Assembly (NCBI GenBank): GCA_951406725.2
Contig: OX597816.1
Location: forward strand, 164,858,001-164,922,000
From: Octopus vulgaris
Lineage: Eukaryota
DNA: 64,000 nucleotides
Direction of reading: 5' to 3'
Of this stretch, positions 1-14,057 are shown piece by piece (the stretch's first letter is position 1; each line of letters opens with the position of its first letter). Both the position numbers and the translations under genes were made by a program. The notes under the pieces were generated by a model, which made no database searches, was not told the DNA's origin, and saw nothing but the letters and a program-made list of their open reading frames with translations.

Positions 1-7
1 GATGATG

Positions 8-84
<77 letters not shown>

Positions 85-92
85 AATAATAA

Positions 93-123
<31 letters not shown>

Positions 124-580
124 AAAGAAGAAGAAGAAGAAGAAGAAGAAGAAGAAGAAGAAGAAGAAGAAGAAGAAGAAGAAGAAGAAGAAGAAGAAGA
201 AGAAGAAGAAGAAGAAGAAGAAGAAGAAGAAGAAGAAGAAGAAGAAGAAGAAGAAGACGAAGAAGAAGAAGAAGAAGAAGAAGAAGAAGAAGAAGAAGAA
301 GAAGAAGAAAGAAGAAGAAGAAGAAGAAGAAGAAGAAGAAGAAGAAGAAGAAGAAGAAGAAGAAGAAGAAGAAGAAGAAGAAGAAGAAGAAGAAGAAGAA
401 GAAGAAGAAGAAGAAGAAGAAGAAGAAGAGGAGGGGGGGAAGAAGAAGAAGAAGATGATGGTGGTGAAGAAGAAGATGAATGGTGGTGGCTATGATGGTG
501 GTGGTGGTGATGATGGTGGTGGTGGTGGTGATGGTAGTGGTGGTGATGGTGGTGGTGGTGGTGGTGGTGGTAGTGGTGAT
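1..580. repeat. Compound trinucleotide microsatellite (AAT/GAT/GAA/GGT)
   Basis: Directly visible simple repeats, including a long (GAA)n run from about 95 to 430. Confidence 0.97.
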
Positions 581-1013
581 AAGACTGAAGCTTCTTTCTT
601 AATGCAGAGACAAGGTCGAGAGAGTTTTGAGAGAGAGGTAGAGGGGGAACGAACAAATCGTTCCAATCGTCTCTGATACTTGACTGGTACTATTTTATCG
701 ACCCCCGGAAGGATGAAAATAAGCAAACGTTGACCTTGGCAGGTTTTGAACTCAGGATATAAACATACGCAAACAAATATAGTGTGGTATTCAATTTGTT
801 GCTCTAATATCTCTGCTTTTAGTCGGTCTTTCCGAATGTCGGTTATGTTAATCAAAGGAAAAAAATGGTACACATAGACGCTTGCTTAACAACAACATGG
901 TTCCGGGTTCAGTCCCACTGCGTGTACCTTGGGAAAGTATCTTCTACTATATTCTCGGGCTGACCAAAGCGTTGTCAGTGGATTTCTTACAGGAAAACTG
1001 AGAGAAGCCCGTA

Positions 1014-1045
<32 letters not shown>

Positions 1046-1047
<2 letters not shown>

Positions 1048-1256
1048 GTTTAAATATTTGTTGTGCAAGATTTTTTATGTGAAGTCGTGTGTTGAAACAA
1101 AGGACCATTGATGCGGTCACAGGAGTGTGACGAAAGAACTTTGGCCGAAATAAGATTAAGATTAATGTAAAAAATAAATATCACTGAAGCAAAATAACAC
1201 CAAATATATAGTGCGTGTGTTTTTATTGGCTAAACTGGCAATATGACCATTCCGAA

Positions 1257-1260
<4 letters not shown>
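1046..1260 (+). mobile_element. Short non-coding element between (TA)n tracts, Penelope-like terminal-repeat type, with hammerhead-like motif
   Basis: Near-identical reverse-complement copy at 27107-27424. Contains ggacca-TTGATGCG-gtcaca-ggag-tgtgac-GAAA. Confidence 0.55.
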
Positions 1261-1333
<73 letters not shown>

Positions 1334-1773
1334 ACAATTTAATAAATAAAACATACGCATACATACATTCATACATATATGTACAAACCTACATCTATAT
1401 GTATATATACACGTATATATGAGTACAGGACACCACAAATAAACGTAGAATATAACGAGAAACGAAAACATAGAAGCAAAACAAGGAAACAGACTTTTTT
1501 TAACAACGAAAAAACAGAGTACAAGACAAACAACAGAGGGAACATTCCCTTCTTCAGCTGCCCCTGTTTCAACTCATTGCGTGTTCCGAAGGTAGGAGTG
1601 GCTGTGTGGTAAGTACCTTGCTTACCAATATGGTTCCGGGTTCAGTCCCACTGAGTGGCACCTTGAGCAAGTATTTTCTACTATAGCCTCGGGCCGACCA
1701 AAGTCTTGTGAGTGGATTTGGTAGACGGAAACTGAAAAAGCCTATCGTATGTATATATATACATACATATATA

Positions 1774-1941
1774 GGCGCAGGCGTGGCTGTGTGGTAAGTA
1801 TCTTGCTCACCAACTACATGGTTCCGGGTTCAGTCCTACTGCTTGATACCTTAGGCAAGTGTCTTCTTCAATAGCCTCAGGCCGACCAAAGCCTTGTGAG
1901 TGGATTTGGTAGACGGAAACTGAAAGAAGCCCGTCATGTGT

Positions 1942-2019
<78 letters not shown>

Positions 2020-2215
2020 TTGTGCTCCCCAGAATCGCTTGGCAACCGATGCTGGTGTGTTTACGTCACCGTAACTTAGCGGTTCAACAAAAGAGACCGA
2101 TAGAATAAGTACTAGGCTTACGAAGAATAAGTCCTTGGGTCGATATGATTGACTAAAAGGCGGTGCTCCAGCATGGCCGCATTCATATGATTGAAACAAG
2201 AAAAAAGGATAAAAG
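1774..2215 (+). mobile_element. tRNA-derived SINE family A (full length)
   Basis: A box TGGCTGTGTGG, B box GGTTCAGTCC, central (TG)n and purine-rich repetitive tail. Many other full or partial copies, e.g. about 880-1012, 1594-1745, 2960-3182, 11533-11870, 12470-12838, 12966-13125, 14882-15440, 34797-35118, 42885-43125, 43419-43780. Confidence 0.9.
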
Positions 2216-2220
2216 AAAAG

Positions 2221-2760
2221 GATATTGTAAGCGAATGTAACACGCCGGCACAGAAGGAATACAAGAAAAGACATGGCAACCCAGGGAGAATAAAGTTATG
2301 TAGAAAGCTAGGCTTTGACCTTACAGATAAGTGGTATGAACATGAACCTGGTAAAGTACTGGAAAGTAAGAAAACATTTGAACTGACAGAGTAATAAAGC
2401 CTGATGTAGTGGTAGTAGACAAAGAGAGCAGAAAATGCCAGATATTTGACTCTACATTCCCGAATGATGAGAAAATCAACATGATAGGTATAGAGAAAAT
2501 AGCTAAATACCAGGACCTAGTCATTGTGTTATAGGGGCTATGGAAACTGTAGGTAAAATCAATCCCTGTAGTTACAGGTGCATTAGAAGCTATTCCTGAA
2601 GATTTCAACAGATGGATAGAAGAAATAGGCATAAAACCCAGTTTAGTGCAGCTCCAGAAAACAGTGTTATTAGGGACAGCTAGGATACTTAGGAGGGTTC
2701 TTGGCATCTAAGGTTACTTGTTGAAGGAATTTTTTCCAACAGTCTGATCAGCTGTACGTA
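2221..2760 (+). mobile_element. 5'-truncated R4/Dong-like non-LTR retrotransposon (restriction-like endonuclease C-terminus), decayed
   Basis: Translates with frameshifts to ..AQKEYKKRH..KWYEHEPGKVLE..KPDVVVVDKESRKCQIFD..EKIAKYQDL..IPVVTGALEAIP..LQKTVLLGTARILRRVLGI*, a typical RLE PD..D motif and end. Confidence 0.8.
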
Positions 2761-3220
2761 AATGAAATAACAACATCATAACAACAACAACGACAAGAAC
2801 AATAGTTCCTAATTTAGCCACAAAGCAGAAATTTTGATATGTATGTATGTATACACACACATACACACATAGGAGCGGCTGTATGGTGCCACATTGGGCA
2901 AGTGTCTTCTGCTATAGTCTGAAGTGCCGAACAGCTAAGTCACGGAAAGAGACGTAAACATACAAACATCGATTGTTAAGTGAATGGTGGGGTGGGGGCA
3001 AACACAGACGCATACATACGACGAGCTTCTTTCAGTTTCCGTCTGCCAAATTCACTCTTAAGGCTTTCGTCGGCCCGAGGCTATGGTAGAAGACACTTGC
3101 CCAAGGTGTCACGCAGTGGGACTGAAGCCGGAACCTTGTGGTTGGTACGCAAGCTACTTACCACACAGCCAATCCTGCGCCTACGTTTATATATGCATGA
3201 GCTTTTACACACATATGTAT

Positions 3221-3255
<35 letters not shown>

Positions 3256-3351
3256 TTATAATTATCAGAAAGTACTCACCATATAGTTAGAGTCGAATTT
3301 CTCCCACCAACACCCTGCCTAAATGTATAACTGTTAACTAGCTCTGAATCT

Positions 3352-3427
<76 letters not shown>

Positions 3428-4435
3428 GAGAGAGAGAGAGAAAGAGAGAGAGAGTGAGAAAGAGACAAAGAGGGGAGTGACACAGAAACATAATTACCCC
3501 ACTGAGAACAAAAATAGCATAAACAAATAAAGCAGGGAAACAATTTAAACGAGCGCCATCTTTTCACTTCACTTATGTCACAACAACATCCTCAACAACA
3601 ACAACAACAATTATATCAATCCTCGTCCTCACTTCCTTTCCGCTATCTGTCACCCTCACCGCAGTCTCTCTCACTCTCTCACTCTGTCTGTCTGTCTGTC
3701 TGTCTGTCGCTCTCTTTTTCTCTCTCCGCTCTCCCACCATCTCTTAATTTTTAATATATTTCATGATGACACACGCTAGCAGACGGCAGACTGCAATCTA
3801 ACTAATAGCTAAGCTAAGCTAAGCAGAAAGGGGACGGTTTTGGGCAGAGCGTGTCACTGTGCTGGAAGAGACTTGCAGACTCTGCGAGGAATTCTACGGA
3901 GTCAGACGGATACGACACCGAACAGTAATGGAACTGTTGCATACTATTCACCGAGTGACATTTCTGTCCCTTGTGCGCTTGCAAACGCACACACACACAC
4001 ACGTACATGCGCAGTTGTGCACAAACATGAATGCACGCATAGGTACACACACTCATACACAGATGCGCGTGCGCACAGATTGACATAGAGTCATGTAGGG
4101 TGCACGCTCAGCAACGTATACACCACACGCTCATGTACACATTCATGTGAACACACACACATACACATACATGTATGCATGTTTGTAGATGTGTTATAAA
4201 TTGATATATATGTATATACATATATATATGTGTGTGTGGGTATCTATATATGTGTATATATATGTGTGTACGTATATATATATGTATGTATATGTATGCA
4301 TGTATAAATATGTATGTATATATATGTGTATATATATGTATATGTTTACACATATATATATACATATGTTTATATACATATATATATATATATGTGTGTG
4401 TGTATGTATGCGTGTATGTATATATATATATATAT

Positions 4436-4650
4436 TGTGAAGTATATTTGCCACTTAAATGTGGCTAACCCTTAAGGGAGGATGCAACTATAGCTTGTAG
4501 TCCCAGGAAGACACCTCTTCCAGCTGGCTATTGACTCATTTTCGGTGCCTATCAGAATTTGCAAAGGGAAGTCATCCTTCCTATCTCCAACCTGATGTGA
4601 TACACACGGACCCGAAGTTTCTGGGTATTGACCCGTTATCAGCGTGTGAC
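4436..4650 (-). mobile_element. Hammerhead-bearing short element (same family as 23735-24335)
   Basis: Homologous to 23740-23960. Minus-strand motif at 4603-4648: cacacg-CTGATAA-cgggt-caat-accca-GAAAC-ttcgg-GTC-cgtgtg. Confidence 0.6.
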
Positions 4651-5185
4651 GTAAACTGGGCCGCTCATATAAACAGCAAAGTTGACATGGCTTGCCGAAT
4701 GTGTTCCTGGATTCTCAGAACTTTCTAGTCGTGAGACATCCACACCATTATCTTTCTCTTCTCCACTTTTACCCGACACCCCACCTTGAGTACTGCTGTC
4801 CATCATGGTTTCCCCACACGAAACAAAGCATCATGAAAATTGAAGCAACGCAAAGGTCAATTACAAAAAAAGATAGATGGCATGATAAGCCTTGACTATT
4901 GGGGTCAACTAGAAAAGCTCAAGCTTTATTCTCTTCAACGTCGCCTTGAGCGCTACATCATCAACTTGATGTAGAAAATATAGCATCAGCATTGCCGAAA
5001 GGATGTTCGCATCACCTTTAAGGTACACCGAAGACTTGGGCTCCGTGCTATTCGTCCACTACAAAAATCCCACTCGCATCTCATAACAACAATGGCCCCG
5101 CTCTCTTTAGCATTACATAAAAACACATTAAAGCAGAAACAGACCCCACAAACGTTCAAGAAGTCTTTGGACAAATTCCTTCAAG
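4651..5185 (+). mobile_element. CR1/L2-clade LINE ORF2 C-terminal fragment, decayed
   Basis: WAAHINSKVDMACRMCSWILRTF..PHLEYCCPSWFPHTKQSIMKIEATQRSITKK..LEKLKLYSLQRR..FKKSLDKFL, typical post-RT region of CR1/L2 LINEs, with stops and frameshifts. Confidence 0.75.
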
Positions 5186-5301
5186 CCTAGTACTTATTCT
5201 ATCGTTGTCGTTTGCCGAACCGCTAAGTTTCGGGAACGTAAACACACCAACATTGGTTGTCAAGCGATGGTGTGGGGGACTAACACAGACACACAAACAT
5301 A

Positions 5302-5993
5302 CAGTGGCGGCTCGTTGATAAAAATAGGTGGGGGTACTGCTTCAGAAAATTTTGAGCCGTTGTTGTACTACTGTATAAAAGGAAACAAACATACAAAAAG
5401 AAAATTTATACATAAAGTCGATCATTTCGCGCTTTAACCACTGTCGAGTAGTGTGTTTAATTTGTTCACTGAACATCGCTGCGAATTCCCCTTTGTTATG
5501 CAAAATCCTCTTTAAATCACAAAATAAGCGGGGGAAATGTGCTCTATTTTTCAATTCCTGGCAGCAACACTGTAGCTGGGAGCAGGATAATAATTTAATT
5601 CTACATTTTATCACATTCAAGAATATAAAAATGTTTTAAGCACAACACACGCGGAGTCAAAAAGAAACACCACCTTTCACCCGGCAGTGTCGTTCACGTA
5701 GTGTCCTCTCTCCCTAGCGGGAAGCTTCCTATCTCAGACAAGTGAGCATGCGCACAACAGCCAAACACCGCGTCGCTGGAACTGCCAGTGCACAGTTCTA
5801 TACAAGGATTTTTGTATTTTTTTTTCATAAACTAGGGGATGGCTACTGACGTTAAGTTTAAGGATTATATAATGTACAAGTATAAAGAGAGAATTAAAGA
5901 AAAAAGGGTTCATTATCTTGAATGTTATCGATAATAACGAGTGGAAATAGGGGGTACTGCAGTCCCACAGTGTCTATACATGAGCCACCACTG
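5302..5993. mobile_element. Non-autonomous hAT-type DNA transposon nested in a SINE A copy
   Basis: TIRs CAGTGGCGGCTC / GAGCCACCACTG. 8-bp target-site duplication caaacata / caaacaca. Splits a minus-strand SINE A (about 5185-6150). Confidence 0.75.
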
Positions 5994-6626
5994 CAAACAC
6001 ACACACACACACACACGCATACACACACACACACACACACACACATGTATATATATATATATATACAACGGGCTTCTTTCAGTTTCCATCTACCACATTC
6101 ACTCACAAAGTTTTGGTCGACCCGAGGCTATAGCAGAAGAAACTTGCCCAAGGTATAAGATAAAATTGACCATCCTGAAATATAATAATATATATTCTTT
6201 ATCTTTCGTCTCTTAATTAGTTCAGTCACTAGACTGCGGCCATACTGGGGCACTGCTTTAAAGAATTTTAGTCGAATGAATCGACCCCAATACTTAATTT
6301 TAAACTGTGGTACTTATACGCTTGGTTTACTTTTACCGAACCGCTAAATTACGGGGGCGTAAACACACCAACAGCGGTTGTCAGGCAGTGGGGAGGAAGA
6401 AGCATACACTCACACACATAGACACGTAGGTGTGTATGAGTCTCACTACAGCTGTATTAGAACCGTGCGAAACAGAATTTATTTAAGGTCTGCACCGAGG
6501 GATGCACCACAACCAGTTGTACAGCATCTCATCCGCGAGGGATCGGTGCAAGATGCGTCGAAACGATCGTTGTGAGCAATAAAGTTTCTCGTACGAGTAT
6601 ATTCCATTTTCCGTCTCTATCATTTG

Positions 6627-6704
<78 letters not shown>

Positions 6705-6836
6705 TCAGACTCGGATGGCCGAAGACTAGCAACACGCTTGAAACTCAGAGCACCAAGGAGTTTGGATCAAACGGTTTTGATCCGTACATGTAACTCTCAA
6801 TGTGCTGCGTGCTTTTCTTTCATTTTGTTACTTACT

Positions 6837-6912
<76 letters not shown>

Positions 6913-7673
6913 GTTGACTCATATTAGCACACTCTCTCCAACAAATCGACGTTACCTGGTGTCAAAGTGAACGCAGAGCAACATGAGGCGAAGTGTTTTC
7001 CTCAAGAACACAATGCACCACCCGGTCTAGGAATTGAACCCACGATCACACGATCGTGAATGCAACACCTATTCCCCGTTATGGGGAAATCGTACAGATA
7101 TACACCCTCAACATTCTTAAACATATGGGAGGAATGGCATACCGATGTACATATGCATCACACATTATATGGATGTACATACGCGCGTGTGTGTGTATGT
7201 GTGCCTGTAGTGTGTGCGTGTGTGTGTGTGAGTCTGTATGCGCGCGTGCGTGTGTGCGTAACACTGCTTCTTTACATAAGCAACATACACGGATGCATTG
7301 ACAAATTAATAGTCACCTAGATACCATATTCTTAATGGCACCAGTTGTAGTAATAAAAAAAAAAACACACGCCTGCAACACTCAACAAACACACATGCAT
7401 CTGTCGCCCCCTCACATACGCACGTGCAGCCGCACTTACATACACTCCCCCCCCCCCTCCCGCACACACACCTTGCAGCAGCTGAGGCAACACCAGCAGT
7501 GCCTATGTACACAAACACGCACTCGAGTCTTTAACATTGAAGCGGGCGTTTTATATTTGCACGCATCATCTCGCTCCTGTACACTGACGAACGCTCGCCT
7601 ACCCCATTGAAACACATCATCACTGCTCATGAATTACAAACAAGACTTCATAAGATACGCATGCATATATATA

Positions 7674-7709
<36 letters not shown>

Positions 7710-7757
7710 TGTATGTATGTATGTATGTATGTATGTATGTATGTATGTATGTATATG

Positions 7758-7897
<140 letters not shown>

Positions 7898-7918
7898 CAA
7901 AATGAGACAAGAATGCAA

Positions 7919-7972
<54 letters not shown>

Positions 7973-8857
7973 TCCGTATATATATATTCTCATATAGATT
8001 CATATATATATATATCCGTATAACATATATAAACACATGCGCATATGTAAATATAGAGGAAGTGAGATGGGGAGAGATATTTTGGAAGAAAGGGAGGGTA
8101 AGAGAATTCTAAGAATATCTCTTCATCTATCACCATGTTAAAGAAATCACAGACTGCTCTAAGCATTATGGAGCACCATAATATAAAAGTACTCTCACCC
8201 ACACACACAAACACGTACTCTCACACTCACTCACACACACACAAGAAGAGCAACAACACTGACATACATATACGCACGCGCACATTAGCTTCTGCATATA
8301 CACACACCCGTCTCTACAAATACACTCACAGCACCCCTCTCTCTCTATCTTCATAGACATGTATGCGCTAGCATTGAGAGACTACGCCTTTTATATATTC
8401 ATCAACACCTGTATATACATAACATCGCATACACACATTTCGATCAACACTTATATAGATGTACACCCGATTTCTTGATGTATTCTCACCCAGCTCTACA
8501 TCAATGCGTGCACATGCGTGTACGCATGGTAATACATATTAACAAATGTATACATGAATGTATGTATATATGTATGAATATATATATATATACATGCGTG
8601 TATGTATCCATTTATACATGTATGCTTGCATAAAATGTATGTATGCATGTATGTTTGTATACATGTATGTATGCAATATTGCATGCATGTATATATATGT
8701 GTGTGTGTGCGTCTGTATTAATATATGAATGCATGAATACGTGTATACGTAATAACTCCATACATATGCACATATTCATTAATGTATGTACGCATGCATG
8801 AATATACGCATATATGCACGTGTTTCTGCATGCACGTATATATATATATATATACAA

Positions 8858-8936
<79 letters not shown>

Positions 8937-8950
8937 TATATATGTACATA

Positions 8951-9000
<50 letters not shown>

Positions 9001-9169
9001 CATGTGTGAATGTGTATGTATATGCATATATGTGTGTGTGTATATATATAAGCATGCATGTACTCTCGGATGAATCTATGTGTATGTTGTATGTATGGAT
9101 GACTAACTATATGTATGTACACACACACATAGACGCGCGCGTACACACACACATACACACGCATACAGA

Positions 9170-9223
<54 letters not shown>

Positions 9224-9606
9224 TGTATATGCTTGCGTATGTTCTGGCATTATATTCCGATTTCTCTCCAATCAAGGAAGAGCCGGTTTGTAACCTAGAA
9301 ACGACTTTTTTCCAATGGAATTTTAGAATTTAAACATCAAACGGGGTATGTATATATCTGTCTATGTATACATACATACAGATAATCTAAATACGGATGC
9401 ATAAAAACGTAGCCCTGCATTCATGAATGCGCGTAGATATGTATGTATTAGCGTACAAATGTATGCACGAATGAGAAACGTACGTGGGTACATAAGTATC
9501 CGGGTATGTGCATGCATAGAAGTGTCAGTAAGGATGTGAAAGTATGTATACATCCGTGAGTTTTGACATACACATATATACATATTCACATACCCGTATA
9601 GTTAAA

Positions 9607-9651
<45 letters not shown>

Positions 9652-9954
9652 CTGAGGGGTAATTAGTTCAAAAAGAAGCTATGTCCGACCGTATAGCATA
9701 TACAGCTAACAGATAATTCTGTGAGTAAATAGAATATTTAATTTTAATTCATAATCGTTAGTCCGACAAAATATAATCTGTTTCGCCTATGACTAATTAG
9801 GTACTGAGGAACAACATTTAGAAAGATCTAAGTAATACTATATATGGCAAAAAGGAAGGAAGAAAAAAAAGAAATAATTATAAAATATATATACTCACAT
9901 ATATATACATACATCACTTTTACACACTACACAAACATGCGCGCACGCACACAG

Positions 9955-9997
<43 letters not shown>

Positions 9998-10181
9998 TGT
10001 ATATGTATGTATGTATGTACGTATGTATGTGTGTGTGTATGTATGTGTGAATGTATGTATGTATTCTTTTATTCTTTTACTTGTTTCAGTCATTTGACTA
10101 CGGCTATGCTGGAGCACAGCCTTCAAGCGAACAAATCGATTCTTTGTAAGCCTAGTACTTATTCAACCGGTTTCACACACA

Positions 10182-10225
<44 letters not shown>

Positions 10226-10229
10226 TACA

Positions 10230-10281
<52 letters not shown>

Positions 10282-10324
10282 ATACATATATATATATATA
10301 TACTTGGAAATGGATACGTATACT

Positions 10325-10737
10325 CTTACTCCTTACTCTTTTACTTGTTTCAGTCATTTGACTGTGGCCATGCTGGAGCACCACCTTTTAGTCGACCAAA
10401 TCGATCCCAGGACTTATTCTTTGTAAGCCTAATACTTATTCTATCGGTCTCTTTTGCCGAACCGCTAAGTTACGGGGACGTAAACACACCACCATCGGTT
10501 GTCAAGCGATGTTGCAGGGGGGGGGGGACAAACACTCACAGAGATATATACACATACGTATATATAAATATATACGACGGGCTACTTTCAGTTTCCGTCT
10601 ACCAAATCCACTCACAAGGCTTTGGTCGGCCCGAGGCTATAGTAGAAGACACTTGCCCAAGGTGCCACGCAGTGGGAATGAACCCGGAACCATGCGGCTC
10701 GTAAGCAAGCTATTTACCACACAGCCACCCCTGTGCC
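10325..10737 (-). mobile_element. SINE family A (full length)
   Basis: Reverse complement of the 1774-2215 / 61118-61547 consensus. Confidence 0.9.
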
Positions 10738-11294
10738 TCTACATAGACACCATAGCAATTCCCAACACACGTCGATAGTTCAGATTTTTGCCTAGTTTCT
10801 AATTTATGCGCCGAATCTCAGCACAAGATGGCATACTTACAGCACTCTCCACCACGCACATATACAATTATGCATATACGCATACACTCACACATATGCG
10901 TACACAAACATGTTGACACACATATACACATAGACTGACCGAAATACAACACATTGGTGCGAACTCATTTCATGCTCTATTAATTCCGAAAGTAGAAAAG
11001 CCAGCGGATGACGAGTGAGTCATAAGTCAGCTATTTGTCTTGGATTGTTCCTCGCTCCTACGGTCTGACCTCAGCCTGTGGCATTTCGGATGAGAATTTA
11101 TTATAGATTCTCTCTGAGTCAGCGGTAATAGAGGAAATTCCGGAAGAATGGAATTAAAAACCATTCGATCTCAGCACTCTGTCTATTGATTATTGAAATA
11201 AATCGATATAGCAAATGGTACAACATCGTTACATTAGTCGTATTAGTAACTTTGTACAGCACTGGAATGTCAGTCACTTGTGAAACAAGACGTT

Positions 11295-11532
11295 GAAGCG
11301 TTACACCTGTTACTAGTTGATCAACTGTTACTAGTCGATGTGACAGTATGTCTGTCACTAATGACACGGGATGTAACAACATATATCTGTTACTAGTGAG
11401 ACAATATGTAACAGTATATATCTGTAACTAGTAACATAAAAGGCTGTAACACAATATATTTGTTACTAGTAACACATAGTGTAACGGTGTATTTGTTACT
11501 AGTTACACAGGATAGTGCTACGGTATATATCT
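11295..11532. repeat. Degenerate minisatellite (about 33-35 bp unit) with palindromic core GTTACTAGTAAC
   Basis: Repeated tgttactagt..tgtaac..tatatct motifs. Confidence 0.65.
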
Positions 11533-13983
11533 GCGTGGCACCTTGGGCAAGTGTCTTCTACTATAGCCTCGGGCCGACTAAAGCCTTGTGAGTGGATTTG
11601 GGAGACGGAAACTGAAAGAAGCCCGTCGTATATATGCATATGTTTGTGTGCATATATGTTTGTGTCTCTGCGTCCCCCACCAACATCGCTTTACAAACGA
11701 TGCTGGAGTGTTTACGTCCTCGTCACTTAGCGGTTCAGCAAAAGAGACCGATAGAACAAGTACTAGGCTTCCAAAGAATAAGTCCTGGGGTCGATTTGCT
11801 CGACTAAAGGCGGTACTCCAGCATGGCCGCAGTCAAATGACTGAAACAAGTAAAAGAATTAAAGCAAAAGAAAAATGCCTATTGAGAAGGCCAAACGTCA
11901 ACAATGTGTTGAAGTATTAAATCAAAAAGATCTGACTCACTTAATCCAATCTCTTGTCGCCACATAAACTCGATTTTTTAGCAGGGAGATAACCCAGTTT
12001 TTTAATGGCAATTTTTTCATGGGGATGAGATAACCAAAAAGTACCTATATCTATTACTGCTGGCACAAGATGATGTGACACTTTGAGTTCAAAATCGTGT
12101 TGTGGCTGATTTCGTCTTTCATTTTTCAATAAAATAAATAAAAGTCAAGTAGTTGGACGCACTTAATCCCCTGCCCTTGCCCCACCTACTGACTTTGTGG
12201 TTTTGTTCCTGACTTAATTATTTCTAAGGTTGTAGCCCAGATATTTTTAGAGAGCATTAAACTCCAAAAATCTCACTAGAATGTTCCAACTGAGCGTTAA
12301 CCGCATCAGTCGCACCCGTTTGGGAAGGTTACAAATTTATGAATACGTTGCCCGTCTCCTCTCCTGCCTTAGGTTCGTCTTGACTCTACAGAATTATTAG
12401 GCCGGACTTATCCAGGTGTGTGTGTCGTATAAGCGACGAAAATTACGATACTTCCCTCTGAACAGGAGGTCATGCTGGAGCACCACCTTTAGTCGAGCAA
12501 AACGACCGCAGGACTTATTCTTTGGAAGCCTAGTACTTATTCTATCGGTCTCTTTTGCCGAACCGCTAGGTAACGGGGACATAAACACACAAGCATCGGT
12601 TGTCAAGCAATGCTAGGGGGACAAACACATACACACAAACACGCACACGCATATATATATATATATACATATATACGACGGGTTTCTTTCAGTCTCCGTC
12701 TACCAAATCCACTCACAAGGCTTTGGTCGGCCCGAGGTTATAGTAGAAGACACTTGCCCAAGGTGCCACGCAGTGGGACTGAACCCGGAACCATTTGGTT
12801 GGTAAGCAAGCTACGTACCACACAGGCACTCCTGCGCCTATATACCTTCTTTCCTGAGCGTCCAATAATACTTCATTTGTTCCACGTCCTCGCGTTGCTG
12901 TGTTTTTTTTGTTGTTTTTTTGTGTTTTCTTGTTTATATTAACTATATATATATATACATATATATGACGGGCTTCTTTCAGTTTCCGTCTACCAAATCC
13001 ACTCGCATGGCTTTGGTCGGCCCGAGGCTATAGTAGAAAACACTTTCCCAAGGTGCCACGCAGTGGGAATGAACCCGAAACCATGTGGTTGGAAAGCGGA
13101 CTACTTATCACATAGCCACTGTGCCTCATAAAAAATTTCAAATTTTAGAACAAAACCAATTTTGAGGGAAGGGAGTATATATGGAGATATGAATGTACGC
13201 CGAGCTTCCGTACAGTTTTAGTCTACCAAAATCACTCACAAGGTATCGGTCGGCCCGATGCTATTTTAGGAGACACTTGCTCAAGGTGCCGCTCACTAGA
13301 ACTAAGTAAGAACCATATGATCGCAAAGAGAACTCCTAAACCATGTCTACGCCTATACAGTATAAAGTTTTAATTATTATAATTGCTATTATAATTAATA
13401 AAGCAGTGAGATGACAAAATCATTAGTGAGTCATGCAAAATGTTTTGCGGCGTTTCTTCAGGCTTTACGTTCCGGGTTCAGTTACCGCTGAGGTCATCTT
13501 GGCCCTTCATGCTTTCGATGCCTATAAAATAAGAACCATTTGAGCACTGCGATCTATGTAACCGACGAGCCGTCTTCCACAGAATTTCAGGCTTTGTGCC
13601 AACAGCAGAAATAATTATTTTGATTATTAGGAGAGTATTATAGTTCGCTTGAAGCATTGTGTATTGTTTAGAAAATAAAACGTGTCTTGAATAGCACAAC
13701 AATGCAGAGTGGACTATAATAACTGTTATAATTTAATTATCCATAGTCTGATGTTCTTTTACTTTTCTTTTTATTTGTTTCAGTTATTTGACTGCGGCCA
13801 TGCTGGAGCACCGCCTTTAGTCGAGCAAATCGACCCCGAGACTTATTCTTTGGAAGCCTAGTACTTATTCTATCAGTCTCTCTTGCCGAACCACTAAGTG
13901 ACGGGGACATAAACACACCAACATCGGTTGTCAACATACACATACACTATATACATATATACATACTTACATACATACATACA

Positions 13984-14057
<74 letters not shown>

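Noticed and set aside
2-676. 224-aa ORF of poly-K/E/G
   Set aside because: Translation of trinucleotide microsatellites with no coding context.
6486-6580. GAAACGATCGTT hammerhead-like half motif
   Set aside because: The CUGANGA core is not recognisable, so it is too degenerate to call.
11941-12129. 62-aa minus-strand ORF next to a gtgagt donor-like site
   Set aside because: No recognisable domain, no convincing acceptor and no partner exons.
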